Shown in pieces: positions 51,057-61,300 of a stretch of 62,986 nucleotides of DNA (position 1 is its first letter; the number at the start of each line of letters is the position of its first letter). The notes beneath the pieces were generated by a model. The model ran no database searches. It saw only the letters and a list, made by a program, of their open reading frames with translations, and was not told the DNA's origin. This stretch comes from an uncultured Paenibacillus sp. (lineage in GTDB: Bacteria; Bacillota; Bacilli; Paenibacillales; Paenibacillaceae), in assembly GCA_927443375.1 (NCBI GenBank), contig CAKMKL010000050.1:1-62986 (forward strand), read 5' to 3'. The position numbers and the translations under genes were made by a program.

Positions 51057-52316
51057 CTATTTCTCACCGCCTTCCCTCGTTGGCAGCAGCGATTCCCCAG
51101 TAAGTCCGGTACCAGTGAGATCCAGCTTAACAGTGATGTCCAGATCAGTGTCCGGAAAGATCGTATTCCAGTCAGCAGCAAGCTTCTTCCAACGGTAAGG
51201 ATGGCGGCGGTGAATCGTATCTCCGAGCCCAAAAATATCACATTTGAAGTCCTTCTGCACTTTCGTGACGACTTTTTGGACCTCCTTTTCTAGATATTGA
51301 TTCATCCGGGCTTCCACTTTCTTCACATTCGCAGGTTTGGAGAGATTCAGCGGTGAGTCGTTCTCCTCAATATAACCCTTGCCTTCCAGCAAAATACGGA
51401 ACTTAGGCAGGCTTCCGTTGAAGATCGGTGTAATATGGCTCTTAAAGGTATCCACACTGACCGTCACCGTTTTCCCCCTGCTTGCCCCTGAGAGGGCATC
51501 CTCAGCCGCTCCGCCTGGTTTGTCCGCATCCTCAGAATTGATGATTGTTGTAAAATTCCGGAATGCCAGCAGGTTCGTAATCCAGAGTCTTGCCCAGAAT
51601 TCATCATATTTCAAATACCCTGCCAGCTCCAGCTGCTCGTTAAAAACAGCAAGCCCGTATAAGCCGAGCGTCGTTTGCGGCGGGCTGTCATTTTTGCTCT
51701 TTTTGTCAATCTTCACTTCGGGCGGCAAAATGGTGAGCGCAGGCATAATACCACACCCCGTCCCGTTGGCAGAGATAAAGAAATCCAGCAGCGAACGGCT
51801 AATCGGCGCACCGCTCTTTTCCTGAATTTTCTGCACGGCAATCGCGGGATTGGTCTCCAATTGGTAAGCCAGGCTCATCGCCTCCTGCGCAGTCCCCTTC
51901 CTGACGACAAAAATATTCGCTCTGGGCCGGACCATCGGGCTTCTGCCATATTCGTCCAGGATCGAGAAAACACCTTGCTCCGCGAGTTTCTCTCCGATAA
52001 AGATATTCCGCCGATGTCCCTGAAAAAGCACCCTCGACAGCTTTCTTTGCATATTCTGTTCGGCATCCCTGTTGTTCTTGCCGTAAGCACTCTCCGTCAT
52101 AAAGCCCGGACGGCCACCCTGTTCCCCGCCTTGCTGCCCCCCCGTTTGGGAGGCAAGCGGAAGCACCAGGTTGGCAGTCGCCAGATATTGGCCATCCTCT
52201 AAAAGATCCATTCCCCAGCCCAGAACAATCGCCTGGTCGTTCAATTCCTGCCGATCCCAACATCCGGTGAGAACCAGCGACAAGGCGACGAATATCATTA
52301 TAGCTTTCCTGAACAT
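51057..52316 (-). CDS. Spore germination receptor C subunit (lipoprotein)
   Basis: LTGCWDRQELN lipobox; DIFGLG...P..W motif. Confidence 0.92.
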   Translation of the reverse strand: MFRKAIMIFVALSLVLTGCWDRQELNDQAIVLGWGMDLLEDGQYLATANLVLPLASQTGGQQGGEQGGRPGFMTESAYGKNNRDAEQNMQRKLSRVLFQGHRRNIFIGEKLAEQGVFSILDEYGRSPMVRPRANIFVVRKGTAQEAMSLAYQLETNPAIAVQKIQEKSGAPISRSLLDFFISANGTGCGIMPALTILPPEVKIDKKSKNDSPPQTTLGLYGLAVFNEQLELAGYLKYDEFWARLWITNLLAFRNFTTIINSEDADKPGGAAEDALSGASRGKTVTVSVDTFKSHITPIFNGSLPKFRILLEGKGYIEENDSPLNLSKPANVKKVEARMNQYLEKEVQKVVTKVQKDFKCDIFGLGDTIHRRHPYRWKKLAADWNTIFPDTDLDITVKLDLTGTGLTGESLLPTREGGEK

Positions 52317-52340
52317 ACACCAGTATCCCTTTCCTGCCTG

Positions 52341-53849
52341 TTATTTGGTTCGTTTGGGGAAGCGTTCGGACTTGCCCTTGGCCAGCCAAGGCAGCAGCTT
52401 GCGCATCTTAGGTTTGGGTGCACGTACAAGCACATCATTCAGATTGCCGGGTGACATAGGCGCATAAGGTGCCATATAAGGCACGCCAAAGGGCTTCAGC
52501 GTTACCATATGTACTGAAAGCGCAATGAGAAATAGGACAATTCCATAGAAACCCAGTACCCCGGCCGCGACCAGTAAGGGAAATCTTAGTATCCGGTAAG
52601 CCGTTCCCAGGTTATACAGCGGAAATGCAAAAGAAGCGATTCCCGTCAAGGAAACGATAATAACCATCGGTGTGGATATAATTCCTGCAGCTACGACCGC
52701 TTGTCCAATAACAAGTGCTCCGGCAATACTAACCGCAGGGCCCACCTGCTGGGGCAGCCTTAGTCCGGCTTCACGCAGACCTTCAAATATAAACTCCATA
52801 ATTAGGGCCTCGATAACAGCGGGAAGGGGAACACCTTCTCTGGCAGAGGCCACACTGACCACAAGTGATGTAGGAATGACCTGCAGATGGTAGGTGGTCA
52901 ATGCTACATACAGGGAAGGCAGCAGCAATGAAGTATGGACAAAGGTATACCTGATCCAGCGTACAAAGGTAGCGTAAATAAACCTGTCTGTATAATCGTC
53001 AGCAGCCTGAAGGCCGGACCAGTAGGTCATTGGTAGAATAAGTACAAACGGAGTATTGTCTGTGATAATAATGACCTTGCCTTCAAGCAGACTGGAGACT
53101 GCAACATCGGGCCGCTCCGTATTCTGAATCTGCGGAAAGGGAGAGAAGACATTATCCTCGATAAATTCTTCAATATTACTGGAGTGAATAATTCCGTCAA
53201 TCTGGATTTTCTGCAGACGGGCCCTCACTTCTTTGACCAGACTTTCCTTTACAATACCCTCCATGTAGCCAATCACAATATCCGTTTCAGTGGCACTGCC
53301 CAGTGTCATACTCTCCAGCTTCAGCTTGGAGGAACGCAGACGCCGCCGGAGCAGCGAGGTATTCGTCCGCAGCGTCTCCATGAACGCATCCCGCGGACCG
53401 CGGACTACCTTCTCCGAGGTGGCCTCCTCTATCGTACGTTTCTCCATTTTGATCAGATCAGCCAACATTACAAAGGCATTGCCTTCCGTGAATATTGCCG
53501 TTTCACCGCGTAAGACCGCTTTGATAACTTCCTTCGTTTGATATACAATACGTATTTTCAGCGTCGGAATAAATATCCCCTTCAATTCAACAGCTCTGCC
53601 TTCATCCACCATAGAGCTTCTGCGGAAATGCTCAATCAGCGGCTTCAGTACAAATTCATCCACGGCCTGGACATCACACATCCCGTCGATATAAATGAGT
53701 GTCGCCCGGTTTAGTCCCCCGATGCTGCAATTCCGGTACATAATATCTGAACAATTCAGGAACTCCAGCTGCATCCGTTCTAGGTTGTACGCAAGATCCG
53801 GATACAGCATTTCTGGTTCTTCTGGTTTATTGGTTGTTTCCTGTTCCAT
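52341..53849 (-). CDS. Spore germination receptor A subunit (A-C-B order, gerK-like)
   Basis: VVRGPRDAF, TERPD, LREAGLRLP and FGVPYM.P motifs. Confidence 0.93.
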   Translation of the reverse strand: MEQETTNKPEEPEMLYPDLAYNLERMQLEFLNCSDIMYRNCSIGGLNRATLIYIDGMCDVQAVDEFVLKPLIEHFRRSSMVDEGRAVELKGIFIPTLKIRIVYQTKEVIKAVLRGETAIFTEGNAFVMLADLIKMEKRTIEEATSEKVVRGPRDAFMETLRTNTSLLRRRLRSSKLKLESMTLGSATETDIVIGYMEGIVKESLVKEVRARLQKIQIDGIIHSSNIEEFIEDNVFSPFPQIQNTERPDVAVSSLLEGKVIIITDNTPFVLILPMTYWSGLQAADDYTDRFIYATFVRWIRYTFVHTSLLLPSLYVALTTYHLQVIPTSLVVSVASAREGVPLPAVIEALIMEFIFEGLREAGLRLPQQVGPAVSIAGALVIGQAVVAAGIISTPMVIIVSLTGIASFAFPLYNLGTAYRILRFPLLVAAGVLGFYGIVLFLIALSVHMVTLKPFGVPYMAPYAPMSPGNLNDVLVRAPKPKMRKLLPWLAKGKSERFPKRTK

Positions 53850-53939
53850 GCGACAACCCCCTCATGTTGGTATTTGCTGTAAATGGGGGAATTATGCATC
53901 ATCAGAACTTAATATAAAAAAAGAGCGTGTCGAATCAAG

Positions 53940-54231
53940 AGTATTCCATAAAGCCCGGGAAACCAGACTAACAGGGTTACTATATTTATTGTTATCACAG
54001 CTCGTGGAGTACGGCCCGGTGGCATCCCCTGAAGTGAAAGAGACCCGGGCAGAAATCTACGTTGAACAGGTAAAAGATTTTATCGAAATGAATTTTCCTC
54101 AGAGCATTACCGTTGAGGACATTGCCCAGTATATCGGACTTAACCGAAGCTATTTGTGCTCATTATTTAAGGAGCGGATGTCGGTCAGCATTCAAAACTA
54201 CTTAATTCATTGCGGAACTTTCGATCGCTGA
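53940..54231 (+). pseudogene. Internal fragment of an AraC regulator
   Basis: FIEMNF...ITVEDIAQYIGLNRSYL..LFK first HTH only; no start and no second HTH. Confidence 0.75.
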
Positions 54232-54359
54232 TATTTCCCGATCCGTAGGCTACAATGATCCACTGCTCTTCTATTATCCAGATTGAAGAGAAGCATTTAT
54301 TTTATAGTTTATGACAAGCTCAAATTAACACACCAGTAATGAAACACTTTGCCGTAGTC

Positions 54360-54632
54360 TTAAAGAGCTGTAACGGTAAAGCTTTCAGGTCCGATCCGAA
54401 CCGGTCCGAGGGTTGTAGTGCTAACAAACGCCGAATAGATTAATTCATTATTCTCAGGAGCAGGAACGTTGAAGTCAGATCCTATGACCGTGATGGGTAG
54501 CACCTGTTCGTTCGTATTGGATGGCAGGGATACCTCGAGTGCAGAATAGATGATAGGATCAGTCGTACTGATTCCTCTAACAATGATTACAAAGATTCCA
54601 GTCGGTGGAGTTTCGGCAGGGCATATCTCCAC
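54360..54632 (-). pseudogene. C-terminal remnant of a small beta-rich protein (ExsC-like ending)
   Basis: GSDFNVP.P....LIYSAF...RIGPESF; no RBS; looks 5'-truncated. Confidence 0.5.
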
Positions 54633-54987
54633 GGCTTAGAATTTATAAAAAAGATGGCAGTCGAGTCTGTAAAATAGTTTGTGTAAACTCTCAAACCCAT
54701 TAAAATGGAATTAAGAGAAAGGTTGGGGAGAACACATGGGACTTTGGACAAAATAAGTAGGTTATAACACGACGTATCGGAGAAATGAACTTATGGCATT
54801 GAGGGCAGTTGGTTACCAATCTTCAATGATGTATAAACAAGTGGTAACTGATCTGATTTCCCATATCTTTCGATGATAAGGTTGCTCAGATAAACAACGG
54901 GGACAAACTTGGCAGAATGCTGTCGAACAAGTTCCAAATGAACTGATATGACGAAGAATTGGCTCATCTTCATTCGCATATTTTCCT

Positions 54988-55198
54988 AGCTATACGTTCG
55001 ATATGACTAAAGTTGACGTTCTGCCTCTTTTGATTGGCTAATTCACTTAAAGCAGCATGGCGTATGTCTGTTAGGCGTGAAAGTTCCCGAAGGGATATCT
55101 TAGCTTCTTCAAGATCTCGTTGATCTTTATTACTACCATTTTGGCCATCGTTTTGTCCACGCGAAATTATCGAATTGGTTGATACATCTGACAAATAG
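54988..55198. pseudogene. XRE/YozG-like HTH gene, frameshifted and split by an inversion
   Basis: - strand: MAKMVVIKINEILKK / KISLRELSRLTDIRHAALSELANQKRQ..NFSHIERIA; + strand 55160-55198: REIIELVDTSDK*. Confidence 0.7.
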
Positions 55199-55259
55199 AA
55201 AATCGCCTAGGTAGGTGTGAAGAAAGGCTGTTTCTCATCACTATAGTTATTAAATTTCT

Positions 55260-55353
55260 GTACTTTTTAACTGGCATAAAAAATACACCTCTTAGAATGG
55301 ATATCGGATAAACCTAGGGTTTTTCCAAAGTCCATTCTAAGAGGTGCACTTCA
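55260..55353 (-). mobile_element. Left-end remnant of an IS3-family element
   Basis: Begins TGAAGTGCACCTCTTAGAATGGAC; 16-bp internal inverted repeat covering a GAGGTG RBS; ATG CCA GTT AAA then lost. Confidence 0.6.
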
Positions 55354-55425
55354 CATAGGTCACTCGGCTTTTTCGTTATTCTATATTCTACACGACAGTA
55401 GTAGCCGTCCAATCGTCCTTGGATA

Positions 55426-56538
55426 TTACCTCAGAAACATGACAAGATTCTGAAGGTTTAATTCCCGGATTCCCTCTACAATTAATTTAGCAATTTGAAG
55501 GCTTCCTTGTTCCTGAAAATGAGTATTATCCTTTACACCTTTTGATATATTTAACCACTCTCCGGGTGCGCCCCATAGGAAAATGGACTTCGTCCCCTCC
55601 GGCCCGAATTTTTCAAATAAAATTTTGCTCTTTTCTGCCAAATCTATTAGCAGCACATCCTTCTCTTCGGCCAATCGTCTGACAGCATCCAAATAATCTT
55701 TATGAGTGTCCTTCAGCTTGCCTGTCTCTTCGAAATATCTTCGATGCACGGAGGTTACCAATACAGGGACAACCTCCTTCGAACGGGCTGCATCAATATA
55801 TTTACGCAAATATTCAGGGTATGTAGTTGAAGGATTAGTATGGCGGTATTCATCAAGCTTCTCATCGTTGTGACCAAACTGGATGAATAGATAGTCGCCT
55901 TCCTTCATCTCATTGATAATGGCATCCAGACGCCCCTCTGCTATAAAACTCTTTGAACTACGTCCTCCAGCCGCATGGTTTGCTATAGCAACGTCATGTG
56001 AAAAATAGGAAGAAAGCATCTGTCCCCAGCCGGAAAACGGAAAGCCCTTTTCGTCAGAATCCGTCACAGTCGAGTCTCCCGCTAGGAATACAGTGATCTG
56101 CTCCATTGATGGTGTGATTTCTAGGATGTTGATACGTGGTGCAAGTCCAGTGATGCCGATCTTAAGCTGTCCTCCGCGGACATTCACGGCAAACCTCTCA
56201 TGATTAAATTGCCCCGCAACTGTACGGACATTTTGTAGAGCCAACCGTTCTCCATTCGTTTTGATCGTCGTGCAGGTAGGCGCGATATTATCACCCAAAA
56301 CCAATGTTACGATATAATTTCCATCCACCACATCGGCTAAGAAAACCGTATCAAATGGGATACAAAAGTCACCAGTTAGCGGATCTTCATTTCGTTTGCG
56401 TGACGAAACACGCGAACAATCAACAAATCCGTACCCTTTTTCTGGATCATAAGCATCAATAGCCGTCACTTTTGTATAGCCCGGCTCCGATACTCCCTCC
56501 ACTCCAAAATCAAATCGTAATGTCATTTCATGCTCCAT
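55426..56538 (-). CDS. Rhamnogalacturonan acetylesterase (CE12) with N-terminal beta-sandwich
   Basis: LAGDSTV, GWGQ, NHA.GGRSSKSF..EGR, QFGHND and DNTHF motifs. Confidence 0.92.
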   Translation of the reverse strand: MEHEMTLRFDFGVEGVSEPGYTKVTAIDAYDPEKGYGFVDCSRVSSRKRNEDPLTGDFCIPFDTVFLADVVDGNYIVTLVLGDNIAPTCTTIKTNGERLALQNVRTVAGQFNHERFAVNVRGGQLKIGITGLAPRINILEITPSMEQITVFLAGDSTVTDSDEKGFPFSGWGQMLSSYFSHDVAIANHAAGGRSSKSFIAEGRLDAIINEMKEGDYLFIQFGHNDEKLDEYRHTNPSTTYPEYLRKYIDAARSKEVVPVLVTSVHRRYFEETGKLKDTHKDYLDAVRRLAEEKDVLLIDLAEKSKILFEKFGPEGTKSIFLWGAPGEWLNISKGVKDNTHFQEQGSLQIAKLIVEGIRELNLQNLVMFLR

Positions 56539-56652
56539 TCCCTTCCATTTACTTGTTCCTAAAAAATAGCCCTTTGTGCTCGAGAAAAAAGCGTTGTGAC
56601 AGATGACGCAACACTTTAATTTTCTAACAGTCCACTCTATCTTTTAAATTAA

Positions 56653-58260
56653 TTAATTCGCTAACTCAACACAATCGTACACCCAGCCCGCGCTCAGCCA
56701 CGGACTAAGATCACTGGATCCACTGATTGGCGTGATGGTAAGCGTGTTTGTACCATTCACTAAATAAGAGGAAGGTATCGTCCAGGAGAAGGTAGTATTA
56801 TTGCCTCTATAAGTACCAATCGTAAAACTCCGTGAGTCAGGTTGTGAAGATGGTCCCGGATTTGTAAGTCCATGGCCATTAATTGTTACGCTTGGTCGAC
56901 CATTATACAAAGCTGTTGTAATACCGATTTTAAGCACATGGGAAGCCGCTGCATGAGTGGCATTCAGGCTAAAGTTCACTGTTGTTGGCGAGTTTTTTCC
57001 GCGGAACTGAATTGCTGGGAACATACTTGCCACGCTGCCGACTGTATAACTTACTGGACTCCAACTAAGATTCCTACTGTCTGATGGATGACGATGTGAA
57101 ATGGTTAATCCATTCAGGAATTCATTAGGTGTTCCATCCCAGTTGCCAATTCGCCAGATGGCTGAAGTTGCGCTTGGATCCCCTGTAATTGTGCGTGTAT
57201 TCAGTGTCGTAGGTGAACCTGCATTTACTGTTACATTCTCCGTGTACACGGCTAACTCGCCTTTATACACCGTCATTGTATAGGTTCCAGGAATAATACC
57301 GTACATAGAAGTGCCCCCCGATGCTGAAGGGGTATACCAATATTGTGCATTACTATTGGCGAATCCGATCGTGTATGGATACCCGCTCACTCTCCCGTTC
57401 AACCCATTGAGAATAACTCTCCCCCGAGTAGAATCGGATACCCACCCCTGCAAATTGAGACTAGACATCCAACTAAGATTCGGATAGCTAGGTGTCTCTC
57501 CAGTTGTGAAGATATAAGCATACGGACCATGTAGCCCAAGGCGCATTGCTTCGGTTTGTTCGTGTCCGGAATACATATAATTATAGAGCTCCGCGCCCTG
57601 AGTCTGTATATCCCGGAAAAACGGTCCTCCCGAGCTTTTCTCCCGATTGCCATAGGCCATAAATACTCCGACTCCATTGCCTGTTACACCTCTAATGGAC
57701 AGGTCCTTTGCCTGATCGTTTCCGTAATACTTAGAAGTCGTATGACCATCCGCATAACCGAAAACATCCTGGCTCTCAATCGCCCCAGTCGTACCGTTAT
57801 TATTCGATTCTGCAGGCATATTCGTCAGAATGCTGCTATCTCCTCGGAAAATGTAACGAAACTCACCATAGCTAGTTACAATATTATCCGCCATATAGAT
57901 GATATTCTCGCCGGCGCGTGACACATAATAATGAGTGAACGAGTCGTTGGCAACTGTAATCAACACAGTTGATCCGGAATTCAATAGATTCCAGGAGACT
58001 GTTCCAGCGACACCTGAATTAATTTGTGACGCTTTACTTCCGTTTAGTTCTATACAATTCATTTTGGCTGAAGTGAGGTTTCCGTACTGGTCAATGGTAT
58101 AAACAAGACCTGAACCCGTGTTAATAATGATGTTAGTACCACTTGATGTAACCGTAAGAGCAGCTGCATATCCTTTAGATGCTGGGAATAAATTTGTTGT
58201 TGCTATAACCATGATCAGGCAAAGAACAATAAGTACTCTTCTCATCATTAATCGGAGCAT
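56653..58260 (-). CDS. Secreted rhamnogalacturonan lyase (PL4, RhgB-like)
   Basis: AIES.DVFG...G.T.SKYY, SSGGPFFRDI, YMYSGH.QTE and WRIG.WDGTP motifs; signal peptide; GGAGG RBS. Confidence 0.88.
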   Translation of the reverse strand: MLRLMMRRVLIVLCLIMVIATTNLFPASKGYAAALTVTSSGTNIIINTGSGLVYTIDQYGNLTSAKMNCIELNGSKASQINSGVAGTVSWNLLNSGSTVLITVANDSFTHYYVSRAGENIIYMADNIVTSYGEFRYIFRGDSSILTNMPAESNNNGTTGAIESQDVFGYADGHTTSKYYGNDQAKDLSIRGVTGNGVGVFMAYGNREKSSGGPFFRDIQTQGAELYNYMYSGHEQTEAMRLGLHGPYAYIFTTGETPSYPNLSWMSSLNLQGWVSDSTRGRVILNGLNGRVSGYPYTIGFANSNAQYWYTPSASGGTSMYGIIPGTYTMTVYKGELAVYTENVTVNAGSPTTLNTRTITGDPSATSAIWRIGNWDGTPNEFLNGLTISHRHPSDSRNLSWSPVSYTVGSVASMFPAIQFRGKNSPTTVNFSLNATHAAASHVLKIGITTALYNGRPSVTINGHGLTNPGPSSQPDSRSFTIGTYRGNNTTFSWTIPSSYLVNGTNTLTITPISGSSDLSPWLSAGWVYDCVELAN

Positions 58261-58340
58261 GTTACATTCCTCCAACAAGTTATTGTTTACATCCCATTCT
58301 GTCGACTAGCTTTGTCAGCTCTTCCATTTAGTTTACGATT

Positions 58341-58373
58341 AAAAAAAAAGCAGTCATAATAGAATGACTGCTT
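58341..58373 (-). terminator. Intrinsic terminator after the PL11 gene
   Basis: AAGCAGTCAT...ATGACTGCTT with a T9 tail on the - strand. Confidence 0.8.
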
Positions 58374-58398
58374 ATGCATCTTCTAATCCATGTGACGA

Positions 58399-61300
58399 TT
58401 ATTTCTGAACTACAACCGTTATCGAATTGCTGACTGTCTCCCCAGCGTTATTGATTAATTTCGCTTGATACGTATAGGTTCCCGGGCTTTTTCCACTAAT
58501 TACCGTTATCGCGGATTGGGAACCAGGAGTAAGTGCAGCAAGTGGTTGTGACTCTACAAGTGTACCATTCTCATAGAGTTCATATTTGGTGGCATTGGTT
58601 CCCCACCATAGATTCATTGTCACCTTGTAGCTTCCGTCTTTATCCCAGTTGTCATGGGATATGACCGCTTGACCTGGAGATGCGTCTGTTACGGTCACGG
58701 TGAGAGGGTCACACTTGGTTGTACCTAATGAATTAACGAGCTCGCAGGTATACACATAGGTACCGTTTTTCTTTCCGCTGAAATCTGTCTTCACTGACTG
58801 AGCGGCAGGTGAAGCATCATTCATATTCACGCTATTAACCAGATTCCCATTCTCATAGAGATTAAACTTCGTCCCGTTATTTCCCCACCACATGTTCATT
58901 GTAACCGAATAGTCACCATCCTTTAGTCCGGTATCATAAACGTTGTTGTCGGATAGAACTGGTTTACCTGGTGCACCTTCTGCTAAAGGTAAAGAATGCG
59001 TTCCAGCTATTTGTATCTTCGGTGCTGGTGGTTCCTCCATTCCTGTTCCCAAGAAGAAGCTTGTATGTGGGGGTTGATTATAACCGACATTTTGCCAAGC
59101 GATACCAAGCCTATAGATCGGATCATGCATCAACGTACGTAAGCGAACATCGTTCAAATCCGTTGTTGTATAGATTCGCAGTTCTGTACTATCTGCAGAT
59201 CGCCACACGGCTTCCTCGCGCCAGTCGCCAAACAGATCAGCCTGTAGTTTCGGAGTTGCCTTCGTACCGTTATTGGATAAAGAACCGTCTGCTGTAAGTA
59301 GCCTGTTCGTCGTATGATTGACATAATCCCACTTATCAATATGATTATTATCGAGTAGCTCGCGACTAAGATCTCCATCCCACCAGATGCCGAAGTTCGT
59401 GGAACTTGGAATCGACATGCTGATCCGTTCACCTTGTGCACTATACAATCCAGTAAGAGGAATATGCTCAGCATTTGTAATAGTAGCCGCCCATACTTCT
59501 TCACCTGGATAATTAGGATCAATGTCAGCTGCCATCCCTCTTCCTGTATCGATCCCGGTAAATACGCCCCACAATACTTCTCCTGTTGCGGCATCACGAA
59601 AATCCATTCCATATGGTGAATTTGAATGTTCATGTACGTTAAAGAACTCAAGTCCTGGATGGGTAGGATCTAAATCACCAAGATGCCCAGCATCCCCATG
59701 ACCTAACCCAGTATTGTACAGTGGAGTACCACTATCATCGATGGCCATTGCCCCGAAAGTAATTTCATCCTTGCCATCTCCATCGACGTCCCCGACCGAA
59801 AGATTATGATCCCCTTGTGCCTCGAATGCCACACCATACTGGTCATCCTTCGTATCGAATTTCCAGCGTTCGACCAGTTGTCCATTTTTGTAATCATAAG
59901 CAACAATCACAGTTCGTGTGTAATAGCCCCGGCTGAAAATCAAACTTGGATGCTCACCATCCAAATAGGCGACTGCAGCTAAGAACCTATCAACCCGATT
60001 ACCATAACCATCGCCCCAATCGGTTACAACACCGCGCGGTGGATCGTAATTGGTAGTTGTCACTGCCTTCCCGGTCATTCCGTCGAACATAGTCAAATAT
60101 TCAGGGCCATTCAAAATATAACCGCCAGTATTTCTGTAGTCAGCTGATGCATCTCCAATGACTTGACCTGTTCCGTCTACCGTACCGTCTGCTGTCTTGA
60201 GTGTTACCTCAGCTTTGCCGTCTCCGTCAAGGTCATATACCATGAATTGAGTATAGTGTGCACCTGCCCGAATATTTTTGCCAAGGTCAATCCGCCACAG
60301 TCGTGTGCCGTCGAGCTTGTAGGCATCAAGATATACATTGGAAGTATAACCCGATTGCGAGTTATCGCGTGATGAACCATCCCACTTAACAATTAGCTCG
60401 TAGGTGCCGTCTCCGTCTAAATCACCAACGCTTGTATCATTGGCACTATACGTGTACGCTTCACCACTTGGAGTAACTCCATCCGCAGGTTTTTGCAAAG
60501 GAACAGACAAATAATTCTTATTCCAAACTGAAGCAGATTTCGAATCAACCTTTTCCTTTCCATCTGAGCCAATGGTTTTCAGAACGTATACAGAAGCCTC
60601 CTTTCCATTCTTGTCGAGCAGGTTTGTAGCTCCTGTAATTGGTTTATCATTCACTTTGGTAGCATCACGATAAAGGTTAAAAGCAATATTGGATGGGTCA
60701 GTGCCAAGCATTTTCCAACCAACATAGATTCCCTCATCTATCTTCACTGCTACTAGAGCCCGGTCTAGAAATTCGGCTTGACGATATAATACAGTAACGG
60801 CTGGGGTTGTAACCGTTTCGGACTGTTCCGATACTCCTCCAGCACTCACCGCTGCCACTTTATAATAGTAGGGAATGGTAGTAAGTACTGTTATGTCTGT
60901 ATAGCTCGTTTCACGGGTCTTGCCAATCAGCTTGAATGTGCCGTTCTCCTTATCTGTTCGGTAAATGTTATAAGTCTTGGCACCTTCAGATGGATCCCAA
61001 CTGAACGTAAGGTCGTTCTTGTTCACTACTCCCACTGTAGGATTAGCAGGAGCATGCGGGATCGGAACATTCGAATCCTGCATAGAGACAGAAATTGAAG
61101 CAGTCGGTTTAGTCTCCATAAATGATTCATTAACCGCTGTTAACTGGTACTCATATGTGATTCCAACGTCAACTGTGTTATCTAAGTATGATGTCGTTGA
61201 TGTACTTCCAAGGAGATGGAAAATGGCATCTTCGCTAGCTTTACGGTATACATTATACTTCGCTGCATCGCTAGTGCCTTTCCACGAGAGGGTTACGGAA

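Noticed and set aside
53695-54231. 178-aa AraC-like ORF as an intact gene
   Set aside because: Its first part is antisense to the ger A-subunit gene and its promoter region; only an internal AraC fragment is real.
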